A stretch of DNA of 64,000 nt, taken from assembly GCF_009914755.1 (NCBI RefSeq), contig NC_060928.1. One strand, 5' to 3'. A program made the translations under genes and the position numbers. Of this stretch, positions 12,901 through 26,420 are shown one piece after another. Origin of the DNA: the human T2T-CHM13v2.0 reference genome, Homo sapiens. Each line of letters begins with the position of its first letter. Within the stretch, counting starts at the first letter, position 1. Below the pieces are notes generated by a model that was not told the origin of the DNA, did no database searches, and was given only the letters and a program-made list of their open reading frames with translations.

Positions 12901-15309
12901 AAAAAGTGGACATTTCTGACATATAACCCTTGCAAACTCTATTTTTTAAAAAAGTAAAAAAAAAAAAATGCCAGTGGAAAGGGCTATACAGGTCCTGAAC
13001 CCAAGATGACGATTTGAATATTTAGCACATTTCAAAAGAGATAGAATTATTATTTGGTTAATACTTAATCATTAATTTTATAAATGCAACAACAATAACA
13101 GTAGTAATAATAATTTATGTGAGGATTTAGACTGAAATAAAATTTTTTGATAGGTAAGCAAAACATCCACCACATATCATTTTAATATTTATAAGATAAG
13201 CTAAATATTTTTTGCATTATATATTTTTGCAAGTGTATGTAACATTAAATAGCTATAGTTCAACCTTTACAGAATAGTGACTAAATACAAATATATAGTA
13301 TTGAAAAAAAGATTGAAATAGTGAAAACTTAGAACATACGCGAATATTTACATCTTTTTTTTTTCACCCTTCCTCTAGGGCAAAAAGGAGGCAAATATCT
13401 AAAAAGCTAAATAAAATTCTCTAACAGAGAGGTCAGAAGCTCCAATGATCTTCTGAGATAAGTCAATTTCCAGCAGCTGTGGCCAGATATTGTAGTTCAA
13501 GGCCTTGAAAGCTTAATTGGGGAAGCATGTTAAAAGTTAAAGGGCCAGAATCATGTTAATTACATGAGGTTTTCCTTGTAGAAAATCTGCCCAACACAAT
13601 GCTACCCTCTCTCTTCTGTAGATAAGGGTATGCTTCACCACATTTCTGTAATTTGACAAGGTTTATTTTAAAAGCAATATATTTAGAGTCATCTGTATGC
13701 TTCACAAGTAACAGAGCCTAATGTGTTCATTCATTGCATTCCTAGTACAACTTGGGTTAAGAAGCCACAGACATTGCATGCCAGAACTTTAGAAAGATCC
13801 AAATATGGAACAAATTGCAATCTGAGTTTCAAATCTTTCTTCTTTGAGGAAGTAAGGTGTGAGAAGAAAAAAGGCAGAATGATAATTGTTGTTCCAATAC
13901 TGTTTACACCCAGAAATAGAAGTTCTCTTATGGAAACTTGAATATAGGAGAGTAGCCAAAAAAAACTTGGAATTTTACTTTAAATGGAGAAAAATATTCA
14001 TAAAATATAATCTGATAGAATAATTATTATACATTTGTTACTATAACAAAGTAAATAGTAGTCTGTATAATAAAAGTTACATGTAGATTGATGTCAATCT
14101 TCAGATTTTACACTTTGTATATAGAGAGAAAGGCAAATCCGGAAGGAGCATTAGCAATCATTTTTTCCAACCATATAATGTTCCTCATTCAATTTATTTT
14201 CATAATACAATCAGTATGTGTCTATTAAAATTAAAGAGGTTAAATAGCCTTCTTCAAAGTTAATGGCAAAGTATTAACTCTATCCACAAAATAATGCTGG
14301 TTATAAAGTTGATTTCTGTAATTTACGTGTTTTAATAGCAAGTTAAATCCTGTATTTGCCACATCTGTTAACTTTCCAAAGAGCAGCCACTGTTTTAAAC
14401 ACCACAGGGGCTGTACAAATAATTTTGTTGAAAAGAAACATTGTTATACTACATGTTCCCTTAATATAGGCTTTGGATATAAATGTAATATCAGAAACCA
14501 CTTTTTTTATAAAGATTCTCAACCTTTATTATACTTGAGATTTGGATGGACTCCCCAGAAATCTGCATTTTGGACAAACATTCTAAGTGGCTTTCATGCA
14601 GATTTAGGCTCTACCCCAAGCTCCCACTGGGCTGAGGCCCAAAAAAGTTGTGAATTCTAGAGCAGGATAACTAGGAATAGAGACCAGTCTTCTGACTTTC
14701 TGTCAAGTTTTCTTCTTATAAAAATTATATGCTTGATCAGATTACTGATATATGCATTATAGTGGACATACTGTTTCTAATTTATATGTTCAATTACATT
14801 CCTAAAATAATTAAAATTTGATAATGATGATTATTCTAAGTACGTTATTTCCAGTATAAATTTCAATGTCAGGGCTTTTACAGTTAGAGACATGTGTGAA
14901 GAGTGATAAGCAAAGCACTAACTGATTTTAGTATATATAGAATACTGAAGAATAGGAAAATATGAAATTGTGTAGGGAAATATTAAGAATTAGATCAAAA
15001 GTATCCATAGTCTATAATGTCATTCAAATATATAGTTTTCTTTTAATATTACACCCTTTTACTGTTTAAACTCTCCCTATACAGTTGTTGGCACAGTTGC
15101 ATACTTAATGGTTATATATTCAAGTAATGACATTTCAGATGTATAAATTCACTCTGAATATATTCTGAATGCTATGTTGAAATATTATTAAGTGGCCAAC
15201 AGCCAATGACATAAACTTGATGAAATATTCTAGAAGTCTAATCTCAGCAGAAATGAATGGAGTCTTATTGAAAAATTTAAGAATGCTTTGCAAAGCATTG
15301 ATGTATATC

Positions 15310-18300
15310 CACTTTCAGTCTTAACAAAATAACTGGTACTGGACTTGCCCTCTCACCAAAAAAAAAAAAAAAAAACAGGAAAAAACTTTAAAAAGTAGGA
15401 AAAAATATGTGTAGCGACTATTTTCCGGTGTTAAACAATAGGCAATGTAATACTGTGAACTTTGAGGTAGTTTCTGCAATCTCACGAGCTTCTGACTGGG
15501 AATATTTACTGTTCTGGTGCACAGGGAAGTGAAGCCCAAACTGAGTAACAATTTTGTTGCACTGAGGATGCAGGGATGAGAGTTCAAATCAGTAAAAATG
15601 GCTAGAATTTTTGAGCAGAATACTGGATAAGAAGGAGGAGCATAGAGTTAGAAAATAGAAGTCTGCATAGAGATTCAAAACATGGGCCTTGGCTAAGGGC
15701 TGGCCTGGATATACAGAGTGAAACTCCACAGTGCCTGTAGGTAATCATTTGATGTTTGGCTGACTGCTGAATGTGACACCAGAAGTTACAGTCAGCCTAA
15801 GAGTCTTTGCTGAACGACTTGGCTATTTAGCAGAGATGTGGAAAGCCTAGACTTTGGGTGTAAGAAAAAAACCTAGAGCAATATTCAAAACTGATATAGA
15901 GCCATCAAAATAAAGATTAAACAAAAAAAAAAGTACAGGACAAAAAAGATTTTCCAGTTTATCTAACTGCCTGCCATAATAAAACCTAACACACACACAG
16001 ACACACACACAAAGGCATACTCTAGAGAAAAGTTGAGTAAACTTTACTACACAGGCAAACCACCAGTTTTTGTAAAGTTTTATTAGAACATAGCCACATC
16101 TGTTTGTTTAATTATTTTTTGTTGCTTATTTTCTATTGTAACAGCAGAGTCAGGTAGTTACTGCAGAGAGCATCTAACACACAAGCTAAAATATTTACTA
16201 TCTGGCTCTTTAAGAAATGTTCTATGTTTTTAAACATAGAGCTAGACTCACTACAATGCATTACCGCAATGTCTAACATACAATAAAAACATTACTAGAC
16301 ATGAAAATGAAAAAGAATGTGTCTAAAACTAACAAAAAAAAAAGTAGTCTACAGAAATGAAGCCTGAAATGACCCAAAGGTTGAATTATGGAACTTATAA
16401 ACAATTTTTATGCATATGTACAAAAGCTTGAAGAAAAAGACCATTATAATGAATCTCAGCAGATAAATGGAAACTATTTTTAAAAGAGCTCATTGACAAC
16501 TATCAAACCAAAAAGCACAATATTTGAAGTGACATATCCACTGGGTGACTTAACAGAAAATGAAAGCCTGAAGAATTACTGAGCTTAAAAACACATGAAT
16601 AGAAATTCATCAATATGGAAAAAAGGCAGAAAATAGATAGAAAAATATTTAAGAGAACTTGAAGGACCAGTGGAACAAGATCAAGCAATCTAACATACTT
16701 GTAATTCAAATAGCAGAGGGAGAGGATAAAATAGAACAGAAAATATATTTAAAACATATAAAGTATAATGGTTGAAAAATTTCCAAATTCGTGAAAAAAA
16801 AAAAGAAAACATCAACTGACAGATCAAAGAACTTCTATAAAACCTAAACAAGGTAAATGCCTAGACAAGCACACTTAAGAAAATTATAGTAAAACAAATA
16901 GAAGCTGGAGGAAAATAATAAAAGCAGTCATGGAAAAAAGAGACAAATTATGCAATGGATAACAATAGTGCTAATAATAGCAGACATTGTCCTAGAGACA
17001 ATAGAGGCTAGAAGGCAATGATCAAACAGCTTTAAAGTATTAAAATTAAAAATAACTTTTGGGTCATATTTTATATGCAGCAAAATGTCCTTCAAAAAAT
17101 AAGGCCAAATTTTCACATAACAAAAGCTAAGAACATTAGTCACCAGTACAGCTACACTATAAAAAAATAAATAAAGAAAATTATTCAATTTAAAGGGAAA
17201 CCACACTAAATGAAACTTTGATCTACAGGAAGAAATAAGAAATATTGGGAATAGTAAATATATGGAGAATATAAAATATTACCTTTTATGTCTTAATTTA
17301 ATGCAAAAACAATAAATTAACATAAAAATAACATTACACTTTGTTATTAATGAAATCTATAGATATATTATTTAGTTTTCATAAAATATGTGGAGATATG
17401 TAGCTGAAAGATAGAGGATAAATAGAATCAAAATGCACATCATAATAGAATATGTAGTGAAATATAATAAAATGTTCTTAGCACTAAAAATACTGTACTA
17501 AATTAAGGTTTTTTTATTTCCAGAAAAAAAGTAAAATGATAATACTAAGATAAAAGACAATAGAGAAATTAAAACAGAATACTAAACAATTTTATCAACC
17601 AAAAGAGACAGTAAGTGAAAAATTGAAAAAAAATCAGATGGACAACTAGAAAATAAATAGTAAGGGGATAAACCTAATCCAAAAAAAAATGAACAATTAT
17701 ATTAAAGATAAATGGACTGTATTCTCCAATTAAAAGGTTTGTCAAGATATTTTGAAAGACCCAACTATATGCTTTGTACAAGTAATGTATCAAATACAAA
17801 TACACAGATAGGTTGAAAGTAAACTTGTGGAAGCGTATAAACTATGCAAATAGTATGCACAAGAAAAATAAGAGTTGCTATATTAATGCCATGTAAAGTA
17901 GACTATAGGACAAAAAATATTACCAGAGGTGAATAGGAAACATCTCATTAAAAGTTCAACCCATAAGAAAGAATCTAACATTTCTAACTGTATATAAACT
18001 CAGTAACAATGCTTCCAAATCCCTGAAGGGAAAAAAATTACAGAACTAAATGGAGAAATAGGCAAATCCACAAACACAGTTAGAGGTTTTAACACCACTG
18101 CCTTTGTAATTGATTAAAAAAGTAAGCAACATCATTAACAATATAGGAGATTTGAACAACACCATCAACAATTTGACTTAATTAATCTTTCTGAAACATT
18201 ACAGTCTATAAATTCAGAATATGTATATTTTTAAGTGCACATGGAGTGCTCTACATGATAGACCATATCCTGGCTCATAAAATAGCAACAATAAATTTCA

Positions 18301-18720
18301 ACACAAGTAGATCTTATAGAATATATTTTGTTTCCTTAGAAAACCCCCAATATTTGGAGATTAAGCCACATACTAATAAATAAAGGAAGTAAGCAGAAAA
18401 ACAAATTGAAATATTGAATAATTACCCCAAGATCAAAAACAAGGCCAGGATTTTTGCTCCTGCCATTTCCATTCAAAATTGCAATGGACATCCTAGCCAG
18501 TGCAATAAGGCAAGAAAATGAAATAAAAGACAAAAAGGCACAAATGCTGGGAAGAAAAGTTAAACTCTTTTTATCCACGTACAGCATGATTATTTTAGAA
18601 AAAAAAATTTACATTAGCATTGTAGAAAATGCTAACACAGAAAAACAGTACTAGAACAGACAAGTAAATTTTACGAGGTTTGAACTATAAGAGCAATGTT
18701 TAAAAATTAATTACTTTTGA
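15310..18720 (+). mobile_element. Ancient LINE-1 (L1ME/L1M-type), sense: 5' region, ORF1, ORF2 endonuclease and a piece of RT
   Basis: A-rich strand with degraded L1 motifs: GACCCAACTATATGCTTTGTACAAG, GATAGACCATATCCTGGCTCATAAAA, CCTAGCCAGTGCAATAAGGCAAGAAAATGAAATAAAAG. Confidence 0.8.
16040..16225. mobile_element. MER58-like hAT-Charlie element inserted in L1
   Basis: TTTTTGTAAAGTTTTATTAGAACATAGCCAC...AAAATATTTACTATCTGGCTCTTTAAGAAA. Confidence 0.7.
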
Positions 18721-19298
18721 ATTCTTACTGGTGACTGGGGTGGAAATCAATAAACTGCTGATGATTTGGGTCTATTCTATTGTATGCATGTGGTACTATT
18801 CTTCTCCAATCGTTAGCAAGACTGTAGCTATTATAAGCATAGCAGTAAAACATTTTACACAGTGATCATCATCATCATACCTTTGAGTTGAAGTAGAATA
18901 CTATTCTAATTAATATAATTTCATTAAAAAATAAGAAACCCATGTCTGCATCCTAGCCAGTATCACTTTCTTGTTTAATTTTGCTGATGTATATATAAAG
19001 AAAGTCATCACATGTGAAGTAGTTTATAAGATATCTTGTTTGCCAAGAAAATTCTTTGCAGCACCCTTATGAAAGTGAATCTACAAATGATAAATCTTTT
19101 GATGAATATTTCATTTTTGTCTTTTTGCTAGGATACAGAGAATACTATCAACTGATAATTAAGTGAAGTTAAATAATATGGTAATGAGTGAGAAATAAAT
19201 ATAAATACTAGAGAGAGAGGGAGAGAGAAAAGGTAGGGAAATATTTAAAAATTGTTAAGGTTTGGTTTTAAAGTATTTGCAGTTACGTCATATAAATT

Positions 19299-19488
19299 AT
19301 ACAAAAACAAAATTAGCTAGGCATGGTGGCGAACGCCTCTAGTCCCAGCTACTAGGGAGGCTGAGGCAGGAGAATGGCATGAACCCAGGAAGCGCACCTT
19401 GCAGTAAGCCGAGATGGCGCCACTGCACTCCACCAGCCTGGATGACAGAGCGAGACTCCATCTCAAACAAACAAACAAACAAACAAAA
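19299..19488 (+). mobile_element. 5'-truncated AluY-like element (right monomer) with (CAAA)n tail
   Basis: Linker plus right arm with AluY-type GAGAATGGCATGAACCC and CTTGCAGT. Confidence 0.9.
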
Positions 19489-20141
19489 GGATTGTAATAA
19501 ATAGAGAAGTGGTATTAGCTGGCTTATGCAGACCTTCGTTATTATAGCATTAAACTGACTGCTGTGCCATGAATTGCTAATAATTATCAATATCATTTTG
19601 CCAAACTGACTTAGCAATAGTTATTTATGAAGCCATTTGACAGAGATTCAAGAATTATATCCATACCAACTGACTAGAACCTAAATACTTTATAGCCTCC
19701 ACCACTCTACATATTATAGCAGTGTACATATTATAGCAGTTGAGAAGTAGGCTTGCCACTTTCCTCTCAGAGGCAATCCAAATAATTCTAGCACTAGCCT
19801 GTAAAACACAAATATTGGAAGAATATTTGTTAAAGTATAATAATAATCTTTGTGAAAGATAAAGACGCACCACATAGAGGTACAGCAGGGACTATATTAA
19901 TATTTTTTCAAGAATAGTTGTAGAAGTCTTAAAAATAAGCATATTTCAAACACCCTAAAAATCAGTATTGTTTAATATTACCAAACATATAATTTAAATG
20001 ATATCTATGAATAAAAGGGCAAGAAAGAATATAGAATTTAACAATGCAGTGAATTTTTCCACTTTATAAGGTTTGGATTACATTATAGCAATTTTTACAT
20101 TTCTTTGAGCTTACAATAAAAATACACATTCACATATTTTT

Positions 20142-23061
20142 CTATACAATTAATACTTTAATTTTTTCTTTTTTTAAAGAGTAAACTTAATTCTAGAGCA
20201 GTTTTAGGTTCACACAAAATTAATAGGAAGATACATAGATTTCTCATATATTCCATGCTCCCGTCCCTATATAGCTCCCTCTATTATCAACATCTTACCA
20301 CCGAGTGATGCAGTTATTACTATTTATATACCTAAATTGACACATAAGGTTTATTCTTATTGTTGTACATTCTTTGGGTTTGAATAAATTTATAAGCACA
20401 TGCATGCATTATTATAATGTCATATAGAATAGTTTCACTGTCCTGGAAATTATCTGTGCTCTGTGTATTTATCCCTCCCTTCTCCCTAACCCCTGGCCAC
20501 CATTATTTGTTTTACTGTCTCCAGAGTTTTGCCTTTTCCAGAATGTCACATAATTGAAATCATACAATAAGTTGACTTTTCAGATTGGCTGCTTTTACTT
20601 ACTATTATGCACTGAAGTTTCTTCTGTATCTTTTCAAGGCTTGATACCTCATTTCTTTTTAGCACTGAATAATATTCCATTGTCTGGATGTCTGGAGGTA
20701 CCAAAGCTTATGTATTCATTCACATATTGTAGGACAACTTTGTTGCTCCCAAGTTTTGAGAACTGTGAATAAAACTGCTGTAAACATCCATGTACAGGTT
20801 TCTTGTGTGTGTGGACATGAGTTTTTAAGTGCATTATATAAATGCTATGAAGCAAAATTGCTAGATGGTATGGCAAGAGTATATGTATTGTGGTAAGATA
20901 CTGCCGAACTGCCTTCCACAGTGGCTGAAAGCATTTTGCATTCTCAACAGGAATGAATGAGAGTTGTTCTTGTACCACCAGATCCTTGCCAGCATTTTGT
21001 GTTGTCAGTGTTCTGGATTTCAGCTATTCTAATTATTGTGTAGTAGTATATCAATTTTTTAAATGTGCATTTCCTTGATGACATATGATGTGGATCATCT
21101 TTTCATATGCTTGTTTGCCATCTAAATATCCTCTTTGGTGGGAGTTCTGTGTCTTTGGCCCATTTTTAAAATGAGGTTGTTTGTTTTCCTATTGTTGGTA
21201 TTTAAGAGTTTGTTAAGTGGTTATCACAAGGTTTTAGGATACAAGGCTAATATACAAAAGTTTGTATATACCAACAATGAACAAGTGGAATTTGAAACTG
21301 AAAACACAGTACCATTTGTGCAAGATGTATACGAATCTATAGATCAATGCTGGAAGAACTTATATATTGACAATATTGAGCCTTCCTATCTATAAGCATG
21401 AAATAGCTTTTCTTAGTTCTTAAAACTAAGAACTAAGAATAAGTAGTTCTTAGAACCATTTTCTTAGTTCTTTGGTTTTCTCTCAACAAAGTTTTATAGT
21501 TTTCTTCATATATGTATTTTCCTGATTCTTTCTGCCTTTCAATTTGAGGAGTTTCTAGAGACATATATTCAAACTCGTTGATTTTATTCCTTGGCCATGA
21601 CAAGGCTACTACTGATAAGCCCATCCAAGGCATTGCTCATTTCATTACAGTGTGGCTTATTTCTACCATTTCCTTTTGATTCTTTCTTAGAATTGCCATC
21701 TGTTGGCTACGCCTCCGCCCTGTAAAAACATCCAGAAAATAAGTCTATTAACGGTACTCAGTCAACACTGAAGTTAAGGGAACACCCACATGCAGAAATA
21801 AGAAAGAACAAACACAAGAACTCCAGTAATTCAAATGGCCAGAGTATCATATGTCCTCCAAACGACCGCGCCAGATTCCAACAAGAGTTCTTAACCTGGC
21901 TGAACTGGCTGAAATGACAGAAATAGTTGTTTTAAATTTCCAGGCTGATAAAGTCCAAAATCTCTGCCATATCTGAGTCTGATTCTAAAGTTTATTTGGT
22001 CTCTTCTGACTATGATTTTTTTTTTTTTTTTTTTTAGTATGCCATGTAATTTTTTGCTGAAAGCCAGACTTTATACTGGGTAAAAGGACCAAACTACACA
22101 GGACTTAAATGTGATCCTTTATATTTAGCCAGCTGAGTTGGGTTATATTTACTGTTTGCTGTAGCTGTTGTGTCAGAGGCTAATATTTCTTCTAGTGACC
22201 TTGTTTTTGTTTCCCCTGTTGCCTGTGGATTTTCCTAAAGACTCCTTCTTAAATAGGGTCTGATGCTTGAAGTTCTTTCAGCGATAATCCCCCATTAATA
22301 TACAGGAGCTTGATTGCGGTGGTGTTGAGGTGGTGGTAAGATGGCAGGAAGATACTACCACCTTACTGTTAGATCTTGGTCTTCTAAGGAGTCTGTGTCC
22401 TTGGGCTGTAACTTTTACAAGCACTTCTCAGCCTTTTTACTTCCCCTCTTCATGTGAGACAGGAAAACTCAAGGGGACTAGTGTTGGGTATTTCTCTTTT
22501 TCAGGTTGATTAGGTGCTGGTAAAACTCAGTCAATTAGGCTCTGCTAAAATAGTTTTCCTTGTGGGCAGGTAATTTTTTAGGAGAAGAGAGCACTCTAGG
22601 ATTATTTCAGAATAGTTACTTTCCCCCTTCCCTGCCAGAAGCATGAATGCATATATCTCTTATTTTTCACTCTGAGAATATGGTGGGGCTCTTGGAGGTA
22701 AAATGCACAAAAGCATATGCTCCCCCTTCCCCCTAAGATTGAGTCCCCAGGAGTTTTTGTTTGTTTGTTTTGGGTTTTGACTTTTAATTTCTCAAATCAA
22801 TACACACACAATCTCTGGCAAGTAGTCAATTACCCTTTAACTGTTACTATTAGAACCCAGAAGTGGCTTCTGTTCCCAGTAAGCTGTGATTCTCTGAATT
22901 CACCTGTTTCTCCAGTTTTGAGATAGCAGTTTTCTCTGTGACCTCAATTCTCTGATGGACCTAAGATTTATTGATTTTCAGCTTGTTTGCCATTTCTCTT
23001 GTGATGATGGGAGTGACTACTTCCAAATTACTTCTATCTTAAATCAGAAACTGGAAGTCTC
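20142..23061 (-). mobile_element. L1MC/L1MD-like element retaining both ends but internally deleted and rearranged
   Basis: 3'UTR AGAGCAGTTTTAGGTTCACAC... at about 20200; ORF2 and ORF1 pieces; 5'-end-like AAACTGGAAGTCTC at 23048-23061; flanked by CACATATTTTT at 20131-20141 and 23062-23072. Confidence 0.75.
21711..21926 (+). mobile_element. Internal fragment of a primate L1 (L1PREC2/L1PA13-16-like 5'UTR-ORF1 start)
   Basis: AGAAAGAACAAACACAAGAACTCCAGTAATTCAAATGGCCAGAGT...CTGAACTGGCTGAAATGACAGAAATAG matches the recalled ORF1 N-terminus of older L1P families. Confidence 0.65.
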
Positions 23062-23396
23062 CACATATTTTTGGATGTACATTTTTTATTTAAAGTTTTA
23101 CTTGCCAACTACTTTAGATTAATTGAGCATATTTATAGGAGTGATTTGTAAATTCTTGGAGTCATTTGAGAGCTTGAAGTTATCTAATATTGATGAGGCA
23201 GGGCAAGGAACAGTATAAGAACTCTAAGAAATTAGAAATTATTAAAAAAAAAAAAAGAAATAGATGGACACCCACAATCAGGAAACAATACAGAGATATT
23301 TGAAGGAATAAATATTAACCAAATGTATAAAGTGAAGGCGATGAAACAGATCAGCTAACCATGTGATATTTTGCATATTTCTAGCAAGTTAAGTAA

Positions 23397-23773
<377 letters not shown>

Positions 23774-24059
23774 AATATTTATCTTCTATTTGTTGTTTTT
23801 ATTTGCCAAAGTTAGTTGATCTAACAGTTCTATGGATATAAATTACTAACTGGAAAAATTCCTAAATCAGAAATAATCTTGATAATCCTACCAAACAACA
23901 CTTTTAATTGGACGTATTACAGTGTTTAAAAGCTTTGGCTCTTAAACCCGATTTGAATTTGAAATTCAGCTCTCACACTATTAGTTGGAATACCTGTTTG
24001 GGGGAGAGAGAGGAAGAGAGAGAGACCTTGAGAATACACCCTAAATACAGAACATAAAA

Positions 24060-24465
24060 ACAGTTTAAACACTTTAAAAACATAAAAACAGAACACTGCA
24101 GACAGTTTATTTCTCTTTCCTGTAGAAGTCTGGGGAAGTTTTCTGGTCTGGCATTATAATTAGGCAGTGTTGGGGTCTCAGGATCCTTGCATCATATCTC
24201 TTTGTCACACTCAGCACACAGCTTTGAGACATGTGGCCAGTAAGATCCAGTCCCTTTTAATATAGGACCTAGAAGCTGCAAACAGCATACTTTACTTCAA
24301 ACCTATTGACAAAATGTAGTAGTGTGGCTGTAATTAACTGCAAGAGAAGATAGAAAATGTGGTACGTAACTGGGGTGTGAGTCACATGCCTAATTTAAAC
24401 TTCAGGTTTCTATTATTAAAAGGAGAAGGGGAGAATGATATTGGGGGACAGCTAGCAGTCTTCAA
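24060..24465. mobile_element. Old MaLR LTR (MLT1K/L-like) apparently inserted into a MIR
   Basis: TAACTGCAAGAGAAGATAGAAAATGTGGT...GGAGAATGATATTGGGGGACAGCTAGCAGTC; MIR-like pieces on both sides (about 23920-23990 and 24470-24630). Confidence 0.5.
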
Positions 24466-26159
24466 AATACTACTTATTTATTCTATGACCACGGGTAAGG
24501 CATTCAACGTCTCAGAGACTCAGTCCTGATTTGCAAACTAGGAATGTTGATCAAACATGCATGTGAGATTTATATTGAACACTGTCAGGCACTGGGTTAG
24601 GTGCTGATGGATGTTAGTTATTATTATTAAGGTGTATTCTTTATTTGAAGAACAAATAAATAACAAGAGCCTCAGTGGAAGTGTTCCTCCATTCTCCACT
24701 CACAATAAGAAAAGTGTTTGCCCAGGAAGTTGTTCAGGATTTTGAGTTCAGGATTTTACCACAATTTGCATCAATGATATTTCTATAGATTTGAAAAGAG
24801 AGCCATTAGCCAAGGATTGTGATTATTTACCAATAATGGTGGTTATTTACCATTACAGTCTTTGCTGTTCCTTATTTGCTAATGATATGCATTGGTAAAG
24901 CCATAATACTTTACTCCCAGTTTTAAAAATGAAGCTATATGCTTTTCATTATTTGCTTATAATTCAAGGATGATAGCCCTTAATTCCAGTCTCTCTCAGA
25001 TTCTGGTATGTTCCCACAAAAATGTCCATGCAGAATCACCAAATAATCCATATGCAAATAATTTTTACTAGTTTAACTTAAAATGTTTAAAAAATTAAAA
25101 ATTTAATGACCATATGACATAACTGTATAGAAGCTGATGCTATGATATTTATATGTCGTTTTATTTTTTATTTAACATTGGGATTTAAAATCAGTAAAGT
25201 CACAATTTCCAGTAAGCATATTTAGCGCATATAAACAAGTTTTTTCTTTCCTCTGGAAAATGCTGATTATATTTTCTTACCACTAATTTAATTATCACAC
25301 TTAACATTTGGGTGGGGCACTAAATATTTCATATATAACTTTTACTTGAGTAATGACTGTTGAAGTTATTCCAATACAAACTTCAAACCACCACAGATTC
25401 ATGTCTTCAATGACAATGATTCACTTGCAATGAATATTTTCCTCACCTTGACAGAATTCATTTATTCTGATTTCAACAACAATAACTGTTTTTTATTAGA
25501 TTACATCACTCTATGGAATATACACCATTATTCTGTTGTTTCTCAAGCATTTGAGGTTGTAGTTGATGTACTACATTGTGAAAAGTAAATCTATTAAATG
25601 AAATACAATTGATACACACTTGAACTTGTATATAATTTCCAGTTTACTTCTGAAAGCTGTTTACCCTTCTTCCCTCTCTGCCATCCATTTTCTAGATATA
25701 CCAATGTATGAACTTAAAACCCAAAACAGCAATTTTTTTAACCTTCTAAATCTACATCTCAAACTTGAAAAAAACACTACTATGTCAAGTGAGAAAAACA
25801 AAGGAAGATACATTGTAATTTCTAGGTTATAAACAAGCTAACATATAACTGTGGCAAATTGTGCACCCCCTTTATTTTAATACGCTGCAAGACTATCTAG
25901 TACAGCACCATTCTGCTTACAATTGAAGAAAACTCTGTACCTGATATTGACCTTTTAAAGAAACCAAGGACAATCTTTTTTACAGATTAAAAGACCATAA
26001 AAGTGCTAGTTCTGCCATTGCCAGAAGCACTAACTGAACCTCTATAGAGAATTATTTGCAAGAAAAAAAAAAGATTTAGACAAGTTTCTATAATATGCAC
26101 CATCCTGAACAAGGGAGACAGAAAAGAAAGTATGTCAAATCAGCTATTAGGTTAAATGA

Positions 26160-26420
26160 ATTAACAAGAGTGGCTTGATGTCTTCTAAGCCCAGCAGTGT
26201 TGTGTTGTGGTTTTGCCTTTAAAAAATTCGTTGTATGTAATCAGCAGGACTCTGGCCTTTTAACTTTTAGCATGCTTCTACAGTTAAGCTGCTCTGCTCC
26301 ACACTCAAATAGCTGTCCACAGCTGCTGCAAATTGATTTATCCCTAGATAATGGCTGCAGCTGATGGCCAAAATGTCACTGCGAAACTGTTTAACAATTT
26401 AAGGTGTGTTTGGCCTAATA
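26160..26420. promoter_or_regulatory. Candidate enhancer-like block
   Basis: No repeat recognised; E-boxes CAGCTG at 26320 and 26358 flank PBX-HOX-type TGATTTAT at 26334. Confidence 0.4.
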
